Below the pieces are notes generated by a model. That model saw only the letters and a program-made list of their open reading frames with translations. It was not told the DNA's origin and did not search any database. A program made the translations under genes and the position numbers. From the NCBI GenBank assembly GCA_963811605.1, contig CAWESA010000010.1, forward strand, positions 6,500 to 70,499: 64,000 nucleotides of DNA, written 5' to 3'. The stretch comes from an uncultured delta proteobacterium. Its GTDB lineage: Bacteria > Desulfobacterota > Binatia > DP-6. Below, piece by piece: positions 1 through 7,941 of this stretch. How positions within the stretch are numbered: position 1 is the stretch's first letter; each line of letters starts with the position of its first letter.

Positions 1-285
1 GGTGGCCGATCCGTGCGCACGCCCCGGCACGGCGGCGCGAAACGCTTCCAGGCCGAGCAGCACGCCCGCGAGCAGGAGCAGGCCCTGCTCGAAGACGAAC
101 GCCGGATCGCGCAGCCGGAGCGAGACGTCCTCGCGCAGGACGCGCCCAGCCGGCACGCTCAGCACGACCGCGGCCAGGACGAGCCAGAGCACCAGTCGCG
201 CCCCGGGCGACCACAGGCGGCGAACGGGCCTGGCATCGGCGACCAGGCGATCGACGAGCGCGCGCTCGCGGTCCGACGCGCTCAT
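1..285 (-). CDS. NrsF-like (DUF1109) anti-sigma factor, partial at the window edge. N-terminus reads MSASDRERALVDRLVADARPVRRLW...
   Basis: Minus-strand ATG at 285..283 overlaps the TGA of the upstream ECF sigma gene (ATGA). N-terminal motif (DxLIdrLvADlrPV) and hydrophobic segments match NrsF/DUF1109 anti-sigma factors. Not in the ORF track because it runs off the window. Confidence 0.55.
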   Translation of the reverse strand, partial: MSASDRERALVDRLVADARPVRRLWSPGARLVLWLVLAAVVLSVPAGRVLREDVSLRLRDPAFVFEQGLLLLAGVLLGLEAFRAAVPGRAHGSAT

Positions 286-833
286 CCCGGGCCTCGCAGG
301 AACGCACGCACCGCCTTGTAGGCGCGGTGGGCGCGGACCTTGAGCGCGCCGGGCGTGGTGCCGGCCCGGGCCGCCGCCGCGCCGACGGAGAGGCCCTCGA
401 GCTTCAGCATGGTGAACGCCTCGCGCTGCTGGCGAGGCAATGCGCGGAGCGCGTCGGCCAGCGCGGGCTGTCCTGCGTCGTCGCCGCCCGCGACCTCCGG
501 GACGTCGTCGACCAGGACCTCCTGTCGGCGTTGCCTGAGACGGCGTGCGTGATCGACCGCGCAGTGCTTGGCGAGCGCGAACAGCCACGGCTCGATGGGG
601 CGGGCCGGATCGTAGGTGTGCCGGGCCCGGTGCAGCTGCACCAGGGTGTCCTGATGGACGTCTGCCAGATCGGCGTCGTCGTCGACCCAGCGCCGGAGCC
701 AGGCCAGCACGAGCGAGCGAATGTCCTCCAGCAGGGCTCGGTAGGCGTCCCGATCCCCGTCCTGGGCACGCGCCATCCACTCCGCGCGCTGGCGGCTTCG
801 CGTTCGCGTGGCATCATCGGCTCCAGTCGACAT
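282..833 (-). CDS. ECF (sigma-70 family, group 4) RNA polymerase sigma factor
   Basis: 183-aa ORF. Sigma-70 region 2 (DDADLADVHQDTLVQLHRA ... EPWLFALAKH) and region 4 (REAFTMLKLEGLSVGAAAARAGTTPGALKVRAHRA). Start ATG at 833..831. Confidence 0.9.
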   Translation of the reverse strand: MSTGADDATRTRSRQRAEWMARAQDGDRDAYRALLEDIRSLVLAWLRRWVDDDADLADVHQDTLVQLHRARHTYDPARPIEPWLFALAKHCAVDHARRLRQRRQEVLVDDVPEVAGGDDAGQPALADALRALPRQQREAFTMLKLEGLSVGAAAARAGTTPGALKVRAHRAYKAVRAFLRGPG

Positions 834-929
834 TACGGTGCCGTTCCCGGGAGGTTACCAGGTGCGCGGCCCGCGGGGGAGCGCCCGGCGCGCCTTGACT
901 GGCCCCCGTCGCGTGGTAAGCGCGGCGCG

Positions 930-1592
930 ATGCGCGGTCCGGTCGCGGTGCTCTGCTCCGGCGGTCTCGACTCCGCCGTCTTGCTCGTCGATCTCGCCCG
1001 TCGCACCGACCGGGCGGTCCCCGTCTTCGTGCGTGCCGGGCACGCGTGGGAGGACGCCGAGCGCGCCGCGCTCGCCCGCTTCCTCGCGCGCGTCGCCGAG
1101 CCACGCGTGGGCGCCATCCGCGACCTCGCGCTGCCCATGACGGACGTCTACGGCGCGCACTGGAGCATGACCGGACGGGGCGCCCCCGCCTGGGACGCCC
1201 CCGACGAAGCGGTGGAGCTCCGCGGGCGCAACCTGGTGCTGCTGTCGAAGGCGCTGGTGGCCGCCGCCGTCGAGGGCTGGCCGACCCTCGCGATGGGCTC
1301 CCTGGCCGGCAACCCGTTTCCCGACGCGACCCCCGAGTTCTTCGCCGCCATCGCCGCGACGGCCTCCGGGGCGCTCCGCGCCTCGCTCGAGGTGGTCGCA
1401 CCGTACCGGGAGCTGTCGAAGGTCGACGTCATCCGACGCGGCGCCGACCTGCCGCTCGAGCTGACGCTGTCCTGCCTGCGACCGACCCCCGACGGCCGGC
1501 ACTGCGGCGACTGCAACAAGTGCCGCGAGCGCGCCGGGGCGTTCGCGGCCGCCGGCGTACCCGATCGCACCGCCTACGCGCGCGCCCGCTGA
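930..1592 (+). CDS. queC: 7-cyano-7-deazaguanine synthase QueC
   Basis: SGGLDS PP-loop motif and C-terminal zinc cysteines (CLRPTPDGRHCGDCNKC). The listed 421-aa ORF is an antisense extension; the real start is ATG at 930 (MRGPVAVLCSGG). Confidence 0.88.
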   Translation: MRGPVAVLCSGGLDSAVLLVDLARRTDRAVPVFVRAGHAWEDAERAALARFLARVAEPRVGAIRDLALPMTDVYGAHWSMTGRGAPAWDAPDEAVELRGRNLVLLSKALVAAAVEGWPTLAMGSLAGNPFPDATPEFFAAIAATASGALRASLEVVAPYRELSKVDVIRRGADLPLELTLSCLRPTPDGRHCGDCNKCRERAGAFAAAGVPDRTAYARAR

Positions 1593-2428
1593 GCCGACCA
1601 GAGCCCCTTCATCGCCGGTCCGGTCGGCTCGAACGGATTGAACCGCTCCACCCCGATCGGCGCGAGCCCCGCGGCGTCGAGCGCGCTCGTGATCTCCGCG
1701 TCGGCATAGGGACGCTGGGCGATGCGGTCACGCACGACGGCGCCCCCGGTGTGCCGGATCGTGACCTCGGCCTCGATCAGCGCCCCGGCGCGAGAGTGGA
1801 CGCGCGTGATCACCGCGTCGGCCAGGGTCACCGTCTCCGTGCCGCTCCAGTAGCGCCGGTACGCCTCCGGCAGATTGAGCTCGAAGAGGAAGAGCCCTCC
1901 CGGCGCGAGGATGTCGTGGACGGCTCGCATCGCCCGCCCGAGATCGCCGTCGCCGGTCAGCTGGTTGATCACCGTATAGACGCAGATCGCCGCGTCCATC
2001 GCCGTGTCCAGATGCAGCTCGCGGAGATCCTGCTGCACGAGCAACGGCGGCGCCGACAGCGCCGCGGCGGCGATCTTGGGGCGCGCGACCTCGAGCATGG
2101 GCGCCGACCGGTCGACGCCGACCACCACGTAGCCGGCGCGTGCCAGCGCGATCACCAGATCGCCGGTGCCGATCCCGAGATCGGCGACGCGAGACACGGG
2201 TTGCTCGTGGCGCGCGAGCGCGCCCAGCAGCCGCGGCAGGATGAGGACGTCGTAGGAGCCCCCGAACGCCGCCTGCCAGGCGTCGAAGTGCGGCGCGAAG
2301 GCGTCGTAGGGGTGGAACACGGGCCGGTTGTAGCCTCGCCGAGGGGCAATGTCGCGCACGAGACGCGTGGATCGTTCCGGCGCTTGACCGTTTCCGTGGA
2401 CGCCGGTAGCCCGATGTGGGACGATCAT
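1574..2428 (-). CDS. Class I SAM-dependent methyltransferase
   Basis: Motif I VADLGIGTGDLVIALARAG and a DxxxLRE...LAPGGLFLFE fold signature. I chose the start ATG at 2428 (MIVPHR...). An alternative start at 2476 cannot be excluded. Convergent 19-bp overlap with queC. Confidence 0.7.
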   Translation of the reverse strand: MIVPHRATGVHGNGQAPERSTRLVRDIAPRRGYNRPVFHPYDAFAPHFDAWQAAFGGSYDVLILPRLLGALARHEQPVSRVADLGIGTGDLVIALARAGYVVVGVDRSAPMLEVARPKIAAAALSAPPLLVQQDLRELHLDTAMDAAICVYTVINQLTGDGDLGRAMRAVHDILAPGGLFLFELNLPEAYRRYWSGTETVTLADAVITRVHSRAGALIEAEVTIRHTGGAVVRDRIAQRPYADAEITSALDAAGLAPIGVERFNPFEPTGPAMKGLWSAQRARA

Positions 2429-2474
2429 CACCCGCGTCGAGCGACGACGTGCGGCACGGTGATCCGGAGACCAC

Positions 2475-4385
2475 ATGATGCCCCTGACAATGCCCTGCCG
2501 TCTCGCGCTCCTCGCCACCGTCCTCGCTCCCGTGCTCGCCCCGCCGCCCGCTGCCGCCGTCGATCCGGGGTCGGAGCTGATCACCTGCGATCGTGCGGAC
2601 GAGCGGGTGGAGATCACCGCCAGCTCGCACCTCGATCCCGCCTGCACCTGGACGCGCGGGGTGGAGATCCTGGCCTCCAACGTGACGCTCGATTGCCAGG
2701 GTGCCCACATCGCGGCGCCGGATCGTCGCTACGGCGTGTACATCCACGCCCCCGCCGACACCCCGCTCACCAACATCACGGTGCGGAACTGCCACGTCGA
2801 GGGCTTCCTCAACAACTTCCACATCGAGCGCGAAGGCTTCCGCGAGCTCGCCGAGGGCGTGGAATACGACGACGGCTTCTCCGACATCACGATCGAGGAC
2901 AGCACCAGCCTCGACTCGCGCGGCGTCGGCATCTTCGTGAACGGCTACGTCGAGGGCGTCACGCTGCGGAACCTCCACGTCGAGGGCGCCGGCAGCACGG
3001 GCATCTACCTCGAGGCCGGGTCCAAGAACTGCGTCGTCGAGGACAGCACCATCGTGAGCAACGGCTTCGGCGAGAATAGCCCCGCGGGAAGGGTGTTCAC
3101 GTTCTCGGGCGTCGACTTCTGGGTCTGGGGCACCGGTCGCGAGGGACTCGCGATCGACGGGTCGCGCTTCAACATCGTCCGCAACAACACCTTCCAGGGC
3201 AATACCTTCGGCGGCATCTTCCTCTACAAGAACTGCGGCGAGTTCGTGACCCAGCGGCCGGAACGCTGGTTCCAGCGTCGCTACGGCGCCGACGGCAACG
3301 TGATCGAGCACAACACGTTCATCGACGAGGACAACGGCGTCTGGATCGCGTCGCGCATGAGCGAGAACACGCTGCCGATGGAGTGCAGCGACCCGCAGTA
3401 CCTGCCCGGCTACGCACTCGACTACGCCGACGACAACGTCGTCCGCGACAACCACTTCCAGAACGTCACATTCGGCGTGCGCGTCGAGGACGACCACGCG
3501 GTCGTGACCGACAACGAGTTCGCCAGCCCCGACGCGATCGACGAGGCCATCGTGGTCGGCACGCGGTACCGCACGCAAGCGCTCTCGCAGCCGGTCGACG
3601 GCACGGTCATCACCGGCAACACCGCCACCATCGCCGGCAGCCCGAACCCGTACCGCTGGATCTGGGGGCACAGCAACACCACGTTCAGCGACAACCAGAG
3701 CCTCGGCCGCACGGTGAGCCTGTGCGAGGGCGTGCAGCCGCCGGTCGGCCCCTTCGTCATGACGGTCGACCTCCAGGTCCTGGAGGACCCGAACGATCCA
3801 CCCGACGAGATCCGCGAGCTGCCGCTTCCCGCGGTGCTCCCTCCGTGCGCCAGCGCGTGCGAGACCGGCGGCCCGGTGTCGAAGCCGAGCCTGATCGTCA
3901 AGAAGCTCGACACGCCGCCCGGGGACGACACGCTGGCGTTCAAGGGCGAGCTGGTCGTTCCCCACCCGTTCGCGCCCGCGCTCGACCCGGTTGCCGCGGG
4001 TGTCGCGGTGGTGATCGAGGACGCCGCCGGCGCTCGCCCGCTCGACGTCACGGTCCCGGGCGGCGCGTACGACCCGCTGACCAAGGTGGGATGGCAGGCG
4101 GCGCGCAGCGGGACGAGCTGGAAGTACGTCGACAAGAGCGCGACGCCTCTCGGTGGAATCACCACGCTGACCCTCAAGGACGTGTCGAGGAAGCAGCCCG
4201 GCCTGCTCAAGGTGAAGGTCGCCGGCAAGCGCAGCTCCTATCCCGTCGACCCGGCGAGCCTCCCGCTCACCGGCTTCCTCATCCTCGACCCCCCGACCGC
4301 CGCCACCGGGCAGTGCGGCGTGGCGACGTTCGTCGGGCCGAAGCAGCGCTGCACGACGGACGGTCGGGCCGTCAAGTGTAAGTGA
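2475..4385 (+). CDS. Secreted right-handed parallel beta-helix (pectate-lyase/NosD-like) protein with a conserved ~150-aa C-terminal '...ATGQC...C' domain
   Basis: Signal peptide (MMPLTMPCRLALLATVLAPVLAPPPAAA). Repeated NxxxN/beta-helix turns (RNCHVEGF, RNLHVEGA, VEDSTIVSNG, RNNTFQGN, RDNHFQNV, TDNEFAS). The C-terminal domain is homologous to the C-terminus of the 48385..49539 protein. Confidence 0.8.
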   Translation: MMPLTMPCRLALLATVLAPVLAPPPAAAVDPGSELITCDRADERVEITASSHLDPACTWTRGVEILASNVTLDCQGAHIAAPDRRYGVYIHAPADTPLTNITVRNCHVEGFLNNFHIEREGFRELAEGVEYDDGFSDITIEDSTSLDSRGVGIFVNGYVEGVTLRNLHVEGAGSTGIYLEAGSKNCVVEDSTIVSNGFGENSPAGRVFTFSGVDFWVWGTGREGLAIDGSRFNIVRNNTFQGNTFGGIFLYKNCGEFVTQRPERWFQRRYGADGNVIEHNTFIDEDNGVWIASRMSENTLPMECSDPQYLPGYALDYADDNVVRDNHFQNVTFGVRVEDDHAVVTDNEFASPDAIDEAIVVGTRYRTQALSQPVDGTVITGNTATIAGSPNPYRWIWGHSNTTFSDNQSLGRTVSLCEGVQPPVGPFVMTVDLQVLEDPNDPPDEIRELPLPAVLPPCASACETGGPVSKPSLIVKKLDTPPGDDTLAFKGELVVPHPFAPALDPVAAGVAVVIEDAAGARPLDVTVPGGAYDPLTKVGWQAARSGTSWKYVDKSATPLGGITTLTLKDVSRKQPGLLKVKVAGKRSSYPVDPASLPLTGFLILDPPTAATGQCGVATFVGPKQRCTTDGRAVKCK

Positions 4386-4830
4386 GCGGTCGCGGGTGGC
4401 GGCAGGTGTGAACGCCATCGGATCTCCCGCATGTAGGGCAGCCTGATCGGTGCACTCGGCCCCGGCCCAGGCGAGCGGCCCCAGCACGTCGCTCGGAGAA
4501 AGGCGCCGTCCATGCGAAAGTCGAGCGCGCAGCCGCGGCCGAGCGTGGCCCGCACCAGTGCAGAAGCCCGCAGAAGCGGGAGGCCGGCGTACGCGCTCCC
4601 CCGGTCCGCTCGTGTCGCCGCGGCGGGGCCCGTTGACCCGCGCCTGCAATTCGGCTTTTCGTCGTCGCACGGAAGGTGGCCTTTCGTTCACACGGGGAGG
4701 CCCTGCGTCTACTGCCCGGCCCCTCACGTCAGCGACGTGTTCGTCACCTCGAGGGTCACTCCAAGGACGGCTCGTGCTTCCCGGCACCCACACCTCGCCC
4801 GCGCGTGATGCCACGCCGATCAATCGCGAC

Positions 4831-5997
4831 GTGCCCGTCGCGGCCGCCGGGGAGTTCCGCGCGCTGCGGCTCGGGCCTCTGCGCGTGTGGCCTCCGGTCG
4901 TGCTGGCGCCCATGGCGGGGGTCACCAACTATCCGTTCCGCACGCTGTGCCGCGAGTTCGGCGCCGGCCTCTACGTCTCCGAGATGATCACGGCGCGCGG
5001 CTTCCTCGAGGGCAACGACATGACGCGGCTGCTCGCCAGCAGCCGGCCCGGCGAGCAGCCGCGGTCGGTGCAGCTCTACGGGAGCAATCCGTCCGACCTC
5101 GAGGAGACGGCGCGCGTGATGGTGGGCGACGGCGTCGAGCATCTCGATCTGAACTTCGGCTGCCCGGTTCCCAAGGTCACGCGTCGCGGCGGCGGCAGCG
5201 CCATCCCGGTGCGGCCGCGGCTGATGGCGCGGCTCGTCGGGGCCGCCGTGCGGGGCGCCGGGCGCGTCCCCGTCACGGTCAAGGTGCGCACCGGCATCGA
5301 TGCCCGGCTGCTCACCTACCTCGACTCCGGACGCGTCGCGGAGGCCGAGGGCGCCGCCGCCATCGGGCTGCACGCCCGCACGGCCGCCCAGCTCTACGGC
5401 GGGGACGCCGAGTGGGACGCCATCGCGGCGCTGAAGGCCGCGGTCGGCATCCCGGTGCTCGGCAACGGCGACGTCTGGGAGTGCTGGGACGCACTGCGCA
5501 TGCTGCGCCGCACGGGCTGCGACGGCGTCATCGTGGGGCGCGGCTGCCTCCGGCGTCCCTGGCTCTTCGCGGAGCTGGCCGCCGCCTTCGACGGGCGCGA
5601 GCCGCCGCCGCAGCCGCGCTTCGGAGACATCGCCCGCCTCATGCGCCGGCACGCGGCGCTGCTGATAGACTTCTTCGGACCGGTCAACGGCATCCGGCAG
5701 ATGCGCAAGTGGTGCGCCTGGTACACGACCGGCTTCCGCAACTCCGCCGGGGCCCGCGCGGCGCTGGTCACGATCACGAGCCTCGCGGAGATGGACGCCG
5801 TCCTCGCACGCCTCGATCCCGACGAGCCCTTCCCGACCGCCACGGTGCGCTCGAACCGGGTGAAGGACGGCAGGGTGCAGCGGCGCGTCGCGCTGCCCGC
5901 CGGCTACCTCGACGACCGCGACGACGACACGCCGCCGAGCCCGCCTTTCGACCCGCGCGAGCGGGCGGCCTTCGAGCGCGCCCTCGACGCCGGCTGA
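4831..5997 (+). CDS. dus: tRNA-dihydrouridine synthase (Dus family)
   Basis: VVLAPMAGVTNYPFR ... DLNFGCPVPKVTRRGGGSA ... VTVKVRTG TIM-barrel/FMN signature. No ATG in frame before LAPMAG; I propose the GTG at 4831. The listed start at 4450 is a low-complexity extension. Confidence 0.8.
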   Translation: MPVAAAGEFRALRLGPLRVWPPVVLAPMAGVTNYPFRTLCREFGAGLYVSEMITARGFLEGNDMTRLLASSRPGEQPRSVQLYGSNPSDLEETARVMVGDGVEHLDLNFGCPVPKVTRRGGGSAIPVRPRLMARLVGAAVRGAGRVPVTVKVRTGIDARLLTYLDSGRVAEAEGAAAIGLHARTAAQLYGGDAEWDAIAALKAAVGIPVLGNGDVWECWDALRMLRRTGCDGVIVGRGCLRRPWLFAELAAAFDGREPPPQPRFGDIARLMRRHAALLIDFFGPVNGIRQMRKWCAWYTTGFRNSAGARAALVTITSLAEMDAVLARLDPDEPFPTATVRSNRVKDGRVQRRVALPAGYLDDRDDDTPPSPPFDPRERAAFERALDAG

Positions 5998-6004
5998 GAC
6001 GCGC

Positions 6005-6607
6005 TCACAGCCGCCCGCAGCCGGGCACGAAGCGTCCGATGTGCGCGGCGTAGGCGCGGTAGGCCCGGCCATGCGTGCGCGTCAGGTATGGCTCCTCGAC
6101 CCAGCGCACCTGCAGCTCGAGGGCCAGCACGAGGACGACCAGCGCCAGCGCCGAGGCGGCGTTCGGGGCGGCGAGCAGCAGGCCGAGCGCGGCGACCAGC
6201 ATGCTCGAGTAGATCGGGTTGCGCACCCAGCGGAACGGACCGCGCGCCACGAGCGTGGTCCGCTCCCCCTCGCGCACCCCGATGCGCCAGGCGTCACCCA
6301 TCGCGAACTGGGCCCACAGCGTGCCGGCGACGCCAGCGCCGTAGAGCACCACGCTCGCGCTCCGGAACCCCGCCGCGTCCAGCGCCGACCACGGCGCCAC
6401 CAGCCCGGCGAGCTGGAGGCACGGCGCCGCCACACCGACCCCCAGGGCGATCGCGAACAGCACGCCGCCGATCCACTCCACCGACCCCATGCGCCCGCTC
6501 ACCCCGACGAAGCCCGTCGTCCCGGTGCGGCGATAGTGGACCAGGCTGCGCAGCCCGAAGGCGAGCGCGAGGAAGAGCAGGTATCCGGCGAGAGCGAGCC
6601 AGGGCAT
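6005..6607 (-). CDS. Isoprenylcysteine carboxyl methyltransferase (ICMT)/phospholipid methyltransferase family membrane protein
   Basis: Multi-TM 200-aa ORF with the family motif GPFRWVRNPIYSS. Confidence 0.8.
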   Translation of the reverse strand: MPWLALAGYLLFLALAFGLRSLVHYRRTGTTGFVGVSGRMGSVEWIGGVLFAIALGVGVAAPCLQLAGLVAPWSALDAAGFRSASVVLYGAGVAGTLWAQFAMGDAWRIGVREGERTTLVARGPFRWVRNPIYSSMLVAALGLLLAAPNAASALALVVLVLALELQVRWVEEPYLTRTHGRAYRAYAAHIGRFVPGCGRL

Positions 6608-6647
6608 CGAACCATCCTCCTTGTCGGTGCGCGAGTCGGCGGTTATA

Positions 6648-6661
6648 CGAGCAATTGCTCG
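6648..6661. promoter_or_regulatory. Perfect 14-bp palindrome CGAGCAATTGCTCG in the divergent TetR/ICMT intergenic region; candidate TetR operator
   Basis: Read directly in the sequence, between the minus-strand start at 6607 and the plus-strand start at 6686. Confidence 0.45.
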
Positions 6662-6685
6662 GATTCACTACTCGGATCTCCGCCG

Positions 6686-7459
6686 ATGCGCTCCCGCCGT
6701 CCCGCCCGTCCACTCGAGCCACGCCGGGCGCCGCGCCAGGGCCGCTCGCGGGACACCGTGCGCGCCATCCTGGACGCGGCGGCTCGGATCTTCGCCGCCC
6801 GCGGGTACGCCGACACCACCACCAACCACATCGCGGAGCTCGCCGGGGTCTCCATCGGATCGCTGTACGAGTACTTCCCCAACAAGGACGCCCTGCTGGT
6901 CGCCCTCCTGGACGAGCACCTGGCCGCCGCCGAGGCCGTCCTCGCACGCACGGCGGCGGAGACGCTGGCGGCTCCGCATGCCGCCCTGCGCGACGTCGTG
7001 GGCGGCTTCGTGCGCGCCATGGTGGCCCTGCACGCGCACGAGCCGGCGCTGCATCGCGTGCTGTTCGAGGAGGCGCCCCTGCCCGGCCGGGTGCGCCGCC
7101 GCCTGGCGGACATCGAGCAGCGCGTGACTGCCCAGGTCGCAGCCTGGTGCGCCGCGCATCCGCGCGTCCGCCGGCCCGATCCGGCGCTGGCCGCGGAGAT
7201 CGTGGTCCAGACGGTCGAAGCGCTGACGCACTCGCTGGTCGTCGGTCGCCGCGTGTCACCACCCGCGGACGCCTACGTCGACGAGGTGGTGGCGCTCGTC
7301 GGCGCCTACCTGACGACCGGCGTCAGCGACGCAGCCGAGCCATCGCGGCGTCCACCAGCGGGCGCAGCGCCCGCGAGGTCGCGGACGGCTCGCAGGCCAC
7401 AACCGCCCGCAGGGCCGCGACGTACTCCGCCGGCAACCCGTGCTCGAGGGCGCCGCTGA
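6686..7459 (+). CDS. TetR/AcrR family transcriptional regulator
   Basis: N-terminal HTH (TVRAILDAAARIFAARGYADTTTNHIAELAGVSIGSLYEYFPNKDALL). Start ATG at 6686. The C-terminal tail is unusually long and overlaps the convergent GGCT-like gene by 137 bp, so the end is uncertain. Confidence 0.8.
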   Translation: MRSRRPARPLEPRRAPRQGRSRDTVRAILDAAARIFAARGYADTTTNHIAELAGVSIGSLYEYFPNKDALLVALLDEHLAAAEAVLARTAAETLAAPHAALRDVVGGFVRAMVALHAHEPALHRVLFEEAPLPGRVRRRLADIEQRVTAQVAAWCAAHPRVRRPDPALAAEIVVQTVEALTHSLVVGRRVSPPADAYVDEVVALVGAYLTTGVSDAAEPSRRPPAGAAPARSRTARRPQPPAGPRRTPPATRARGRR

Positions 7460-7847
7460 CGAGCAGCGCCATGTAGCGCGTCGAGGGCTGCAGGGTCTCG
7501 TCCCGCCGCTCGGACGCGAGCGACATCGCCGTGCCGGGCGCGTCCGGACACGACGCGAGCGGCTCGATCGCCAGCTCGACACGCTGGTAGTTCCCGATCG
7601 GCACGCCCTCCGACAGCTCGATCTGCGCCAGATCGTCCGTCGTGACCTCGAACGCCACTCCGAGCGCGGCCGCCGCCGGGTCGGGGACGATGTTCGCGAA
7701 CGCTTCACCGATCGGGAAGAGCGGCGGCTTGTCGAACACCACGCGCCAGCCGGGCGCCCGCACCGGGACGGCGCGCAGGAACGCGATGCCCCGCCGGCCC
7801 CGGAGCGTGGCGCTCTCCATGTTCGACCCGTACGCGAAGTACCACAT
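7323..7847 (-). CDS. Gamma-glutamyl cyclotransferase-like (GGCT/AIG2 family) protein
   Basis: Hallmark N-terminal motif MWYFAYGSNM. 174 aa. Confidence 0.75.
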   Translation of the reverse strand: MWYFAYGSNMESATLRGRRGIAFLRAVPVRAPGWRVVFDKPPLFPIGEAFANIVPDPAAAALGVAFEVTTDDLAQIELSEGVPIGNYQRVELAIEPLASCPDAPGTAMSLASERRDETLQPSTRYMALLVSGALEHGLPAEYVAALRAVVACEPSATSRALRPLVDAAMARLRR

Positions 7848-7941
7848 CGTTCCGGCGAGCCGTCGTAGCGGAGGCCAGGCGCCGGTTCCAGCGCCTCGCC
7901 CCTGGTGTCGCCGCCGCTGCCCCTCCTATAGTGCCGCGCCG

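Noticed and set aside
2-343. Two overlapping plus-strand ORFs (113 and 102 aa) at the window start
   Set aside because: Arg/Ala/Pro-rich low-complexity translations antisense to the anti-sigma/sigma genes. Typical high-GC shadow ORFs.
834-870. Possible ECF-type promoter (GGGAAC...GTCGA) directly abutting the sigma start codon
   Set aside because: The -35-like GGAAC lies only 9 nt 5' of the ATG, so the spacing does not fit a standard promoter unless the mRNA is leaderless. Too speculative to list as a feature.
327-929. N-terminal 200 codons of the listed 421-aa QueC ORF
   Set aside because: Overlaps the ECF sigma gene antisense. QueC homology begins at the internal ATG at 930.
4386-4830. 450-bp gap upstream of dus with inverted repeat CACGTCAGCGACGTG and GTCAC direct repeats
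   Set aside because: No convincing promoter, riboswitch-like conserved structure or small ORF. Recorded only as a possible regulatory palindrome without support.
1728-4928. 1066-aa minus-strand ORF
   Set aside because: Antisense to the beta-helix protein gene. Extreme R/G/A composition with no domain signatures. High-GC artefact.
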